From NCBI GenBank assembly GCA_026026165.1, contig JAPEUD010000055.1, positions 1-64,000 of the forward strand: a stretch of 64,000 bases of DNA, written 5' to 3'. The notes below the pieces were generated by a model. It searched no databases, was not told the origin of the DNA, and was given only the letters and a program-made list of their open reading frames with translations. The position numbers and the translations under genes are program-made. Origin of the DNA: Sarea resinae (lineage: Eukaryota). Below are positions 26,901 to 39,876 of the stretch, in pieces. The stretch's first letter is position 1. Each line of letters opens with the position of its first letter.

Positions 26901-28011
26901 AGTTGCAGACATTACGTCGTTCGAGTTCTTGATGTACAATGTTCGTGACGGCCGCAGACCGAGCGGTGATCGGCTTGTCACCCTTCTTGAGGGCGACAAG
27001 GTTCAAGTGTTTTGCACCAGCACAAGTGCATCTCAAGGACTTGCACTGTACCAAGCTTTCCTACGTCTAGCTCAAGATCAAAAAGCAGCTTATGAAAGCT
27101 CCCTAAGAGACATCGAAAAATTTAAGAGACGGAAATCCTCAGTGGCGCCCTTCTTAGCTCGGTCGCAAGTCACACCGATTCAGAAGTCAGACGACAGCAA
27201 CTCCAAAGCTCCTCTTTCGCTACACACAGATGTTGTGGTATCAATCAAAGTTGTCAACCTTGGGGCTTTCCCTACCGCATTCTCTGACAGTCAGATCTTC
27301 AAAATGGAGGCTTTGGATGCTCAAGCGCGATTTGCAGTGACTGTTGAAAATGACAGAGTACATAGCGGCCTTGGCTTGACTCTCGGTCAGCTTCGTATAG
27401 CCTTGGCAGGAATCCGGCGCCCGAACTCGCCAGCAACTGGGGAGGTAATTGTTGAAGACGTGGTGGAAAGCGTGACCGGCTCTCGGGGCGGCACCATATT
27501 AAGGGTACCAAAGGTTGTGGCCTCTATGCAGACATGGCAGGCTCCAGAATCGAACCATATTGACTACATCTTCCGAAGCTCTTTTGAGGGCAAGGTTGAC
27601 GTAGGCTGGAATTACTCCCGTATCAGCTTTATACGTGGTATGTGGGGTGCGCACTCTCGCTCGTTGGCCTTGAGGCTTGGGAAGCCTCTCCCTCAGGCGG
27701 CGGTTCAGATCACGGGTGCTCCAGAGCCGCAAAGGGATGGTGAAGAGCGACGGCCTTCAGTAGGAGAGCAGGAGAAGATTACTGCAGTCGTCAATCTGCC
27801 ACTCTCCAAGTACGAATACACTGCCCTGGAGCCACCTATCATCGAAACACCTCAGCTTAGGGACATGGGTGAAGCGACGCCCCCTCTGGAATGGATCGGT
27901 CTTCATCGGGACCGATTGCCAAATTTGACACATCAAATTGTCATCGTCACGCTCCTAGAGGTCGCCAAGGAGGTCGAGGACGCCTATTCCAAGATTTTAG
28001 GTTCCTCTTAG
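17977..28011 (+). CDS. CSF1: Csf1 / BLTP1-type bridge-like lipid transfer protein (~3305 aa); exons 17977-18032, 18091-18126, 18186-28011
   Basis: N-terminal TM (LFFLFYFNRLF), ISLLAGRVFFKG, GFEWFVYNRSPAYD, YGPWADRQR, C-terminal PQLRDMGEATPPLEWIGLHR; size fits the family. Confidence 0.93.
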
Positions 28012-29245
28012 CTTCGCTGTTTTCTCTGATGATGACAGTGATTGCCGATTCTCTTTTCTATGTTATTATATTTTAATTTTCGAGCGGCTCGTGAATGCTT
28101 GGCGAGGGTCTGTGTCAGGGTGTGTTCTGATGGCGTCCAAGGATCACTTCACTCGTCATCGAGGGTTGACTGGAGTCTTCCATGCCGAGGGCGCAGGTTG
28201 GCGTTCGAATTGAAGTCCTAGGTACCTTACATAGTCATACGCCATTCAATCTTTTATTTTCCCATCCGGGTGCCCACAACTATCATCCAGACTCTTTCGG
28301 GACAACCAGTGATGCTGGATCATGGTGTAGGACAGGAATTGGTTAGATTCTGGGAATTTCCACCACGTACATCAGCACATGAAGCTTGAACTAATCAGGC
28401 AATTGGGCAGCGATGGGTACTACTCTACTCCGGAGTAGTATGTACGGCCGACGATGGACAAGTCATGTGACTAGCGCAGAGACGAGCAGATGAATGGATC
28501 CATGGATGCGACGTGCCTTTCTCATTGGCGCATGACCCCTAGGCAGTCAATAGCACGGTTTTCCACACCGCCTAGTACGGAATACTTCCTTCAGTCGAGC
28601 TGCCTCTTCTTTTTGCCCTGGTCTCCGGCTCGGGTCTCGATCAAGGCCAATGCGGCAAACGCCCACTACCTACCTACGCGGTATTCACTGCTACTTGCAT
28701 CCAAATACGTAAAGGATGTCGGCACACGGTGACTCAAGACATGTTGCCTTTGAGACCGTCGAGCTGGACTGGTTCTTGATGGATATATCACTGGCCACGG
28801 GGGTGAATCATCGTGACTCTTCGGGATGCAGAGGTGACTCTACGTTCGTTCTAGAGTGGTAGAAGGTGAGAAGGCCGACGTATCGAGTGTAGCAGAGGAA
28901 GCAGTCACCCACTAAGCGAGTCCGGCAGGAGGGGGACCCGGCACCTTAGCGAAAGATTTGAAAGCAGAGGTCGCCCCACATCCCACCAAATCTTCATCGA
29001 CCCACGATCCTCACTTTCTCCTGCCTTCTCACAACAACCTCCTCCTTCCGAAGATTGGAGACACCCTCGTCTTCTATCTCAACCTCAGTCTCCGGCGCAG
29101 GATTGCGAAGGCAGACTACCTCTCGGTGATATCAAACCGAGCAACAGCCTTATCGTCTTTGGAAGCGGGGTTCTTCCACTGTCACCCATCGAACCAGTCC
29201 ACTCAAAAAGGTTTTCGAACCAGATAACCAGCAAATACCGCCATC

Positions 29246-32192
29246 ATGGTCAAGTAAGTCAAGCATTTGCTTTATCCAGCCCTCCTTCTTTCCGACTCTG
29301 TTCTCAAGTGTCAAATGCACTTCCCATCCTATGCCTTCCCCTCACGCCGCCGCGCTTATCGCAAGATGCGGGGTGGTCTGGCATGTCGAACAATTGGCTG
29401 ACTGGACTGCGTTCAATTATAGCTTCACGGTCGAAGAGGTGCGTTGCTGATGAGAGATGAGAAATTTTGGCAGTGGTAGAATGCGAAAATACTAACTGGC
29501 TATCAGATCCGTGGCCTCATGGACAAGGTCGCCAACATCCGAAACATGTCGGTTATTGCCCATGGTATGTTCTCGTCTCTCGTCAGTCTTGGGTCGGAAG
29601 TTGAAGAAACATTCTAATAAGCTCTTCCATCTAGTCGACCACGGAAAGTCTACCCTGACCGACTCCCTCGTCCAGCGTGCTGGTATTATTTCGGCTGCCA
29701 AGGCTGGTGAGGCGCGATTCACGGATACTCGTCAAGACGAGCAGGACCGATGTATTACCATCAAGTCTACCGCCATCTCCCTGTATGCCGTGCTTCCCGA
29801 CGAGGAGGACCTCAAGGACATCCCACAAAAGACCGACGGCAAGGAGTTTTTGATCAACTTGATCGATTCACCTGGTCACGTCGACTTTTCTTCCGAGGTC
29901 ACTGCCGCCCTCCGTGTCACCGATGGTGCTCTGGTAGTCGTCGACTGCGTCGAAGGTGTGTGCGTGCAAACCGAGACCGTGCTTCGTCAGGCTCTCGGTG
30001 AGCGAATCAAGCCCGTCGTTATTGTCAACAAAGTCGACCGCGCTCTTCTCGAATTGCAAGTGTCAAAGGAGGACTTGTATCAATCATTCTCGAGAACTAT
30101 CGAGTCCGTTAACGTCATCATCGCTACCTACTTCGACAAATCCCTTGGTGATGTCCAAGTTTACCCAGACAAGGGCACTGTTGCCTTTGGCTCTGGTCTC
30201 CACGGATGGGCTTTCACCGTCCGACAATTCGCCGTCAAGTACGCCAAGAAATTCGGTGTTGACAAGAACAAGATGATGGAGCGTCTTTGGGTGCGTCTAC
30301 TCTATGAAATATCGCTCCCAAGCTATACTGACCGATCATGATTAGGGCGACAACTACTTCAATCCCAAGACCAAGAAGTGGACCAAGAACGGAACTCACG
30401 ATGGCCAGCAACTCGAGCGGGCCTTCAACCAGTTCATCTTGGACCCGATCTTTAGAATCTTCGGTGCGGTCATGAACTTCAAGAAGGACGAGATCCCAAC
30501 TCTTCTCGCGAAGCTTGAGATCAAGTTGACTGGAGAAGAGAAGGAATTGGAGGGCAAGCAACTGCTCAAGGTCGTGATGCGTAAGTTCCTTCCGGCCGCA
30601 GATGCGCTCCTTGAGATGATGGTCATTCATCTTCCTTCGCCCGTTACGGCCCAGAAATACCGTGCGGAGACTCTGTACGAAGGTCCCCCTGATGATGAGG
30701 CCTGCATTGGTATCCGCGACTGCGACCCCAAGGCCACTCTCATGTTGTACGTTTCCAAGATGGTGCCGACCTCCGACAAGGGTCGTTTCTACGCTTTTGG
30801 CCGTGTCTTCTCTGGTACCGTCCGCTCCGGTCTCAAGGTCCGCATTCAGGGACCGAACTACACTCCTGGAAAGAAGGAGGATCTTTTCATCAAGGCTATC
30901 CAGCGCACCATTCTTATGATGGGTCGTTACATTGAGCCCATTGAAGATGTGCCAGCCGGTAACATTCTTGGTCTGGTCGGTGTTGATCAATTCCTGCTTA
31001 AGTCTGGTACTCTTACCACCAGCGAGACTGCCCACAACTTGAAGGTCATGAAATTCTCCGTCTCCCCTGTCGTGCAACGTTCCGTCGAGGTCAAGAACGC
31101 CAACGATCTGCCCAAGCTTGTCGAGGGTCTCAAGCGTCTCTCGAAATCTGATCCTTGTGTTTTGACTATGATCTCGGAGTCTGGCGAGCACATTGTCGCT
31201 GGTGCTGGTGAGCTGCACTTGGAGATTTGCCTGAAGGATCTCGAGGAGGACCATGCCGGTGTACCTCTCCGCATTTCGGACCCCGTCGTTTCCTACCGTG
31301 AGACTGTTGGTGCTGATTCAAGCATCACTGCGCTCTCGAAGTCCCCTAACAAGCACAATCGTCTCTATGTCACTGCCGGGCCCCTCGACGAGGACGTCTC
31401 GAAGGACATTGAGGCAGGCAAGATCGGCCCGCGTGACGACTTCAAAGCCCGTGCCCGTATCCTTGCTGATGAGCACGGATGGGATGTCACCGACGCCCGA
31501 AAGATTTGGTGTTTCGGTCCCGACACCACTGGTGCCAACTTGCTGGTCGACCAGACCAAGGCCGTTCAATACCTCAACGAAATCAAGGATTCCGTTGTGT
31601 CCGGTTTCCAATGGGCGACGAGAGAAGGTCCGGTTGCTGAGGAGCCAATGAGATCGGTCCGCTTCAACATCATGGATGTTACCCTCCACGCCGATGCTAT
31701 TCATCGTGGTGGTGGGCAAATTATCCCCACTGCTCGTCGTGTCCTTTACGCCGCTGCCCTTCTCGCCGACCCCGGCATCCTCGAACCCGTCTTCTTGGTC
31801 GAAATTCAAGTGCCCGAGCAGGCTATGGGCGGTATCTATGGCGTGCTTACCCGAAGGAGAGGACACGTCTTTGCCGAAGAGCAACGTCCTGGAACGCCTC
31901 TCTTCCACGTCAAGGCCTACCTTCCCGTCAACGAGTCCTTCGGCTTCACTGCCGATCTCCGACAACATACTGGTGGACAAGCTTTCCCTCAGTCAGTGTT
32001 CGACCACTGGCAGATCCTCCCCGGTGGATCGCCGCTTGACGTGACGACCAAGCCTGGTCAAGTCGTGCGAGATATGCGGAAACGGAAGGGTATCAAGCCC
32101 GAAGTCCCTGGTGTTGACAACGTAAGTTATGCAAGCTCTATCCACACTGATGATATATTAACGAGTTCCCGCAGTACTATGATAAGCTATAA
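29246..32192 (+). CDS. EFT2: Translation elongation factor 2; exons 29246-29253, 29423-29438, 29507-29564, 29635-30290, 30346-32121, 32175-32192
   Basis: MVNFTVEEIR start, [33 protein letters not shown], diphthamide loop [20 protein letters not shown], ends NYYDKL. Confidence 0.98.
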
Positions 32193-33347
32193 AAGGTCAC
32201 TGTCAAGATTGATAGATCGCTTCAGATGCATCATGCATCCTTATCATTGTTTCACACCATGGCTACCGAGTCGTTCCTCGTCTTCATGACTTATGAGAAA
32301 TGAATAGACTATTAATCACCTGTGATACGGCAGGAAAGACGATGGGCGGCTTGATGGCAAAAGATTGACTTTCATTACTCTTGCGTTCTCATCCTTCATT
32401 CATCACTCACGCAAGGCTTTTCATGTAACTAAGGGAAAATACAAATGATATGAACTCCAGTTGCTATTCAAAATCTGCGTGCGCCAAGTGGAGCTGGGCA
32501 GCTATCATTTCGCCCGCTCGGTAGCTTGAAGATCTATCAGTAAATCATCTGCCACTATTTGGAGATGGCATCTTGGCTCGTAGTCACATTGCTTTGCAAG
32601 CTGCGTAATCCGGTCTGCCTTCTCGGGTCTATCGTCTAGGCAAGAAGCCAAAAGGATCGTGATAGTTGCTCGAAGAATCTTAGGTTCTTCCCACTTCAGG
32701 TTACCCTATCTTCCGATATATCTACTCTAGGCTTGTGCGCAAACGGATCCTTGTTTTCTTCAAGATCTGGAATTCGCAAACAGATCGGTGTTTTTATGGA
32801 TGGATCACCCTTGTATCCTCTCTGGGGTGATTAAATAATATTCAGTTGGGGCAATATGATAAGAGGTCTGAAATGAAATATTGAAAGATTCATCGATATT
32901 ACTTGGCAGCTTGCTTAAATAGGACTCTTCGCAGAGAAGCGCTACTCTGAGTTCTTTCCAGTAGACAGGATATGCTGGGATTATCATGCTTTATTAGAGA
33001 GATATAGTCAATAGACTGCTTTCTCAGTGTGGAGGAAAAGGCCATAAATCATGAACTTAACGTCCTGACTCCAGGTGTAGTCGCGGGGTTTGGTGTTGCG
33101 CGAACATCTGAGTAGCCGTGTACATGCTAAAGTACCGCTACTCTTTTCCGTCATACAGCAAAGCCATCGCGAGCAGAAACGCGCCTCATCTCTCGAAATA
33201 CCTGCAACGGCGCATCCGCGGCCATTCCTATGCTCAGATTGCGCTCTCCCGTGGACGAATATTACCTCTGCTAGCAGTATCGCGAGGCAAGGTTTTTCGA
33301 AGAAGAACGATCCTCTTCACCTCATCAGGAACAAGGCAGTCACCAAG

Positions 33348-36122
33348 ATGCTGCAACTCGACGAGGAAGAGGTTGCCCCGTTGAAGAAGTGGGTTGTGAA
33401 GAGATTAGAAGACATGTATGCCTGCTTCTACTTGCAGTTCCAAATCCTCATCCCTCAGTTATCTCTTGCTCGTACAGAGACTGACATTATTTTCTTGCCT
33501 TAGATCCGATGCAGATTCAGACGTACTGGCGGACTACGTGCTCGCTTTGGTCCGCTCTGAGGCGCCCGACGAGGAGGTCAAATCAACATCAAGAGAAAAC
33601 CTTGAGGACTTTCTGAAAGACCGTACGCATATATTGGCCTTCCAATCGCTCAACTTCTTGTGCAATTGCTAAAACGGGTATATTTCGCAGACACTGCCAA
33701 CTTCGTCGATGATATTTTCAATGTCATCAATACCAAGTCCTATCTTCCAGGCCAATCTGCTCCAAACTTCCCGCCATCAGCATCCCCTCCATTTAACCCG
33801 CCCTCTGGACCTGCAAATGTGCCTTATGGACAGCCTACAAAAGTGGACGGCAACGGCCTGTCATTGGGACGATCTGATCAATCGCGCAAACGCTCCTACA
33901 ATGACCACGAGCAAAGCGAGCCCGGCGATCCTCACTATGGCCGTAGTGCCGGTGGGGAGAGGTCATTCAAACAAATGCGAAGGGGTGGTACTAGAGGAGG
34001 ACGGGCAGATAGAGTGTCACGACAGGGTTTCCAAAATCAAGATGTCGCCATGGGGGGCGTCCCAGGGCTCCCTCGGTCTCCTTCTGTGGCGTTTCCTGGA
34101 ATGCCGCCGTTACCTCCAGGCTTTCCCTTCGACCCTAATGATCCCATGGGTGCCATAATGGCTATGCAGGCCATGGGCTTCCCACCATTGCCTGGGATGC
34201 CTCCTTTTCCACAGGCTGGTTCTCCGACTGATTTTGTGCCTACGGGACAGCGGCCCCCTGGTGCTGATGTTCCCCCAGCAAACAAGATCAATGAGAGGTG
34301 CAAGGACTACGATCAAAAGGGCTACTGTGCGCTAGGGAGTACTTGCCCGTACGAACATGGAACAGATCATATCATCGTCCCTGGGCAGTCAGATGGTAAG
34401 TTATAGACTCGCTTTTCCATGAGACGATATTCACCGTATTACAGAATATGATCCCAGCAACTCATCAATCATGACCGACGTCCGAAAGACCTCGAATGGC
34501 GCAAACGGGTTCAGTCCACACGGCAACAGTACGCGTGGTGGTGATCGTGGCAGGGGGAGGGGCCGAGGTAGAGGCGACCACTTCAATCAGAGAGGACGAG
34601 GTCGAGCCGAATTCTCTCACGCGGGGCCAAATCATGACCGTTCCATTACCACGATTGTCGTCGAACAGATCCCCGAAGAGAAATTCAACGAGGAGGCAGT
34701 CCGCGAATTCTTTTCGGAATTTGGAAACATAGACGAGGTCGCCATGCAGGCGTACAAGAGATTAGCACTGGTCAAGTTCGACGACTGGTCATCTGCGAAA
34801 CGAGCCTACGACAGTCCTAAAGTCATCTTTGACAACCGATTTGTCAAAGTCTACTGGTACAAGCCCGACAGCGTCCCTACGCCGCCGGTCGGTGCCGGTA
34901 GGGGAAGCCAACCGCCCAAACCAGAGGAACCGAAGATCGACCTGGCCGAATTCGAGAAGAAGCAGGCGGATGTGCAGAAGGCGCATGAAGAGAAGATGAA
35001 GAAGATCAAAGAGACGGAGAGCGCGAAAGAAGCTCTCGAGAAGAGGAGGGAGGAGCTTCTCCGCAGCCAGCAGGAAGAGAAGAAGAAGTTGATGGAGAGG
35101 CTGGCCAAGGCAGGCAAAGCCTCGAGCGGCAGTCCGAGTGCAGCGGGGACGCCCGTGCCCGACGGCAAGGAGAATGAAGCCCACGCCGAGACGCCCAAGT
35201 CTAGTGCCCAGACGGAGGCTTTGAGGGCACAGTTGGCCGCCTTGGAGGCGGAAGCGAAGAGTCTGGGTCTGGACACCGCCTTACCCGACGACTCCTCTTC
35301 GCGGGGTGGTCGAGGAGGCGCTCGGGGTTCCTATCGCGGTAGAGGCGGCTTTGTCCCTCGAGCCCGCGGCTACTATCCTTCTTATCGAGGCGGCTACGTA
35401 GGCCGAGGTGGCGCGCCTCGAGGTGGTGCTAGAGGCGGCGTTGCGTACAAGCTCGATAACCGGACCAAGAAGGTTGCCGTCTCGGGCGTCGAGTTCGACA
35501 CCACCAAGGACGAGAGCCTGAGGCAGTATTTACTGGTAAGTCAATAATTCTCCTGGAAGAACTCTCTTTTCCTTGCTTTGGCACTCGATGTGTCTAGTCC
35601 AGTTCAGAGCTGGAGGCTGATTGTGTGGGCTGGAACAGGGTATTGGCGAATTCGAGAACATCGAAGCGAACCCGGATCGTAAAGACTCGCAGATCATCAC
35701 GTTCAAAGACCGCGGCACGGCCGAAAAGGTACATGGCCCCATGCCGAGTCTTTTCGTACCTTGATTCTTCGATTACAGGCTAGAAGACTAGGAGCTAATA
35801 TGCGGTTGGTCATACACAGTTCATGTATAGCGGCAAAGACATCCCCTCGGTCGGCAAGGTCGATTTCTCTTGGATCAACACGCCGCTCCCTCCCATCTCA
35901 GTCCCGACTTCCACTTCCACTTCCGCTTCGAAGCCGCAGCCGCCGCCGCAGCAACATCAACAGCAACAGCAGCAGCAGGCAGAAGTCCCGTCGGCCACGA
36001 ACAATAACAATGATGGCGATGCCGCCATGGCCGATCACGACGCCGCCGATGGCGCGGCACACCGGAACGCCGACGTGGATTACGATGTGGCGGATGATGA
36101 GGATCGATGGATGGTCTCATAG
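33348..36122 (+). CDS. PWI-like + CCCH zinc finger + RRM RNA-binding protein (RBM26/27, Rmn1-like); exons 33348-33415, 33504-33622, 33691-34395, 34445-35535, 35639-35728, 35820-36122
   Basis: LKKWVVKRLEDISDADSDVLADYVLAL, CKDYDQKGYCALGSTCPYEH, RRM IVVEQIPEE...IFDNRFVKVYW, RGG tracts, second RRM. Confidence 0.88.
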
Positions 36123-36479
36123 CCGTGTTGCGAGCGCGAGCACGAGCACGAGCTGCCTACGCCCGTAAATCATTGAGGGAGGGGGGCGCGGGTTCCATCA
36201 TGGGCACCACGTACGTAGGCATTGGGCAAGGCGGAACGGAACCCACGATCAATGATTAGGTACGCAGTGAAGGGAAAAGGCGGGTGGCGGAAGGGAAGGG
36301 AAGGGAAGAGAAGGGGAAGTTGTCACGCTCGTAGGGACCTAGCTTTGGCGTTTGGGGGGGAACTGAAACGGCTGAGCACATCATGTATGCATAACTTTTC
36401 AAAGCCACGCGAAAAAAAGTTTGTACCCAGGCATGGATGGACGGATGCCTGGATGGACGGGATAGAGAGCCCCTGCGCG

Positions 36480-36514
<35 letters not shown>
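36480..36514. repeat. Poly-C homopolymer (35 nt)
   Basis: Seen directly. Confidence 0.9.
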
Positions 36515-36760
36515 TACCCCATACTCCCCTCCCGCTCAAGGCGGACAAGCCTAAGAGATTCGGGCGTTTTGGCGCCTCTATGAGGGGTATTACGTGACAT
36601 GATCATTCTTTCTTTCATTCTTTCTTTCTTTCTTTCTTGTCTCTGTGATATACAGGATCGCCGTCCGGGGGGGGAGGGGAGGCAGGCGGCTTGTAAGAGG
36701 TAATGGATGGATGGAGGCCCCATCCGCGCTTTTCTAGCAGTGTTGCAGGTTTTGTTGCAC

Positions 36761-36837
36761 TGGACGTTGGACGTCGGACGTTGGACGTCGGACGTTGGAC
36801 GTTGGACGTTGGACGTTGGACGTTGGACATTGGACGT
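36761..36837. repeat. Tandem 7-mer (YGGACRT) x11
   Basis: Eleven contiguous units: TGGACGT with CGGACGT and TGGACAT variants. Confidence 0.95.
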
Positions 36838-39800
36838 CTTGATGGAATATTCGCATGAATTGATTGAAATGGATGGGGATGGGTGGGAATGGTTTCAATG
36901 GAGAAGGAGATGGAGAAGGAGAAGGAGATGGAAGGCGTTTCTAGCTTATCATGTTTCGTTGCAAGGAAGGTGGGCGCCGGGATAGATAGAAGCCTTCATT
37001 GTGCGGATCGATGGATCGATGGGGGTTCTGGCTTTCTTCGTCGTGAAGTCAGAGAGACCATCCTTCATTCGACGGATAGTTGCAAGAGTTCGAGAGCGGC
37101 GGATTGGTTCAGCAGACCTAGGCTGTTGCATTGATATTTGATCTTCGACGTTGAGAGGGTCGGTCGGCTTGTTTGCAGGATGCGCAATTGCTACGGATGC
37201 CGAGTGCTCGATACCTACCTCCAGGCACCGGGCACCGGTGGCCAGGCCAGGTGGAGAGTTCCTGTATTGATTACTGTATGGATGGTCATGATGGTCGATG
37301 TCTATGGTGGTGGACGCTTGTAATGACCGGTTTCTATAGTCCTCAGCCCACAGAGAAGGTAGTCTGTGGAAGAGTCAGATTATGATGATCAGCCCGTACA
37401 GTCTGTGGACTATCTCTTCGATTGGGGGTAAACTTTTGAAGTGGCAATAATGGTCTTGTCTGGTCCGCTCCAGATCAGTGGTATCGGACGAGAGGGCGCC
37501 TGAAGTCGATGTCTGCGTTTCTACGTCCGAGTATCATGGTCTTTCCCCAAAAATTCGTCGAGATTTCGGCCAAGGTATCACAAGTACTGGGCGGGCTGGC
37601 CATCGACATTATTCATTCGTCGAACGTCTCACAATGATGTCTACTGTGATCCTATGCTCTCGGCTCCTTCATCAGTAGCTGTGCCAATCTGGCCATTTCC
37701 TTCCTCCCTGAATACTATCATTGTGACCAGTACTTAGAGTAGAGTCAGCAGATCCGATTCATCTCAGCTCCAGGAGTTGAGACATGGACAGCTTTTGAGG
37801 GTTAGTGTTGGTGTCATGGGAGAAGGCAAGTCTCATGATCGAATGGATGATAGAGATGGACAGGTAGGTAACAATCAACAGAGTGAAAGCGTCATAGGCA
37901 ACGGATTCATCTCGAATGGTCAAGTTGGTCCCCCATAGCCCTGTTCAACTACGTATGGTGCTTCTCCCTCTGAGCCGGCTGATATGGACCATGGAAGAAA
38001 GTAGGGACGATGCCTCGCCGGCCTCCATTATGTTGGTTCGGAATGTGCGCGAAAGCAAGTGCTTACTTCTGTCCAGATGCAAATGTTCAAGAAAGAGGTC
38101 AACACGTCCAGCATGTCCCCAGGGCGAGACGTTTGACAAATGAGAATGATGCCGACGCTTCGCCAAGGTAGCGGCGGCTGCTGCCGCTGGGGCGCGGAAA
38201 CACCAATAATATCCCATTGGATCTGGCTGGCTGTACTCCTACTGCGCAGTAGCTGCAACGGTTCCATGTTGGACGACGACCTTGGCTGCACTGGCAGCCT
38301 TGAGGCCGCCCCAAACGTCACCCGCGAGACAATGTCTTCATCTTACTGCATAGGACACTCTTGGTGCAAAGAACCCTTGGCGAGACTGGGCGTTGAATCC
38401 CTTTGGTCATCTCGTCATGTCCGCTGGATGAGGTGCGAATGAAAGCGCGAGATACTTGGTGACCTCTACGATGGAGCTATGTACGAGGATCTGGATCTTG
38501 GTCCGGAGTGGAGGCGACGTCAAGAAATGCTCCCGGCAAGGCTCCACTTGGTCTTCCCCACTCCCACTCCCCACTCCCCACTGCCCGGCCAGCCATCAAG
38601 GATTGAGTCTTTAGCCCTACGTACCTATGTAATCAGTGCGTGCGGGTCTCGAGGATGGAGATGGTGGTGGTGGGAACCATTGAAGAATCAACCGGGCGGA
38701 AAAGATCCGTATGGACCAGAGAGATGGGAGACCTCACACGTCTGAAGCCTCGGGACCGACCGACCCTGTAGACAATTGAGTTGAAGGGGACGATTGATCA
38801 GGGAGGACGGATCCATTCGGTTCCCGCAAGTCGCTTCTGCGCCCCACGTTGGGCACGAGATACTCCTGTGTACTTCGTACATAGTACCGTACCGTATCCG
38901 GAAGCCGCCGATGTAGGAAGACAGAAACACTGGTGGACCTTGGACCGAGGACTCTACTCGTAGGACTCTACCTTACGTATGTAGTACTGTCCTGTCCTGA
39001 AGGTAGTAGGTAGTACAACGTCCGGTGAAAAGGTACATGAGCAGGCAAGGTCAGTGCCACCCGGCGCAATGTTTGTCAGTCTCGGACCCATCGCGAGGGA
39101 CCAACGTCCGAGAGGCGAAGACGAGAGACGATACCCGCCGCAGAGACAACCACCACGCCAGGGGTCTCCATCAGGTCCCCCGTCTGGCCTCGATCGACGA
39201 CGTAGGACTTCAGTAGTCTCGAGCTCGAAACGTCCGAGAGGCCCATGGGCGACAAAGGCACCGAAACGTAGAATCTGCACCGCCAATCGGGTCATTGAGG
39301 CCACACACACGAGATGGAAATCCCAGCACTCTTGCCGGCATCAGATATGATAGCCTGGTCGCCAGATGCGGCAAGTTCCCAGGGAAGCATCGACGCAGCG
39401 GGCCCGGCATTGACGTCCACGGTGTCACAGGAAAGTGAGATGAGATGGACGCCATGGATGTGATGAGATGTGTGATGTGATGTGATGGCATGTACGCTGG
39501 CATCGGTAGTCTTTAGGTTGTTTGCTACCGCGCCCGTCTGCATGCATTTCTTTTCTTTGCCAGACATGGGTGAATGAGGTGTGACGGTGAATATAAGGGC
39601 ACCAACAATCTGCCCGGTTCGCTGTTGGCTGCTTGATCGGTTGGTTCGCTGCAATTGGGATCAGCATGATAGCTTCAGCAGATCGATTCACTACCGGACC
39701 CGAGTAAAGATCTAGTGATCTAGTCTACGGCTGGACTCTTCGGTTCGATCCTCATTCTCGACCGGCATCACGATCGAGGGTCTGGACTGTTGTTTGCTTC

Positions 39801-39876
39801 TTTTCTCTTCTCGTTCTTTTATTCTGCCTGCTCCGCGGTAAACACCAGACCAACCAGGGCAACGAATCGAGACACC

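Noticed and set aside
30235..31980. Long antisense ORFs (339 and 220 aa) over EF-2
   Set aside because: Expected shadow of strong codon bias in a highly expressed gene; no recognisable motifs.
33090..33347. 86-codon in-frame extension upstream of the RBM26-like ATG
   Set aside because: Only near-cognate starts; the family domain begins right at ATG 33348 and the extension may lie outside the transcript.
36761..36837. 7-mer array as CRISPR or telomeric repeat
   Set aside because: No spacers, eukaryotic context, and not TTAGGG-like; a simple tandem repeat.
36900..39500. Possible hidden gene or transposon relic upstream of the MFS gene
   Set aside because: No transposase or RT motifs, terminal repeats or AT-rich RIP signature; ORFs are short and random-looking.
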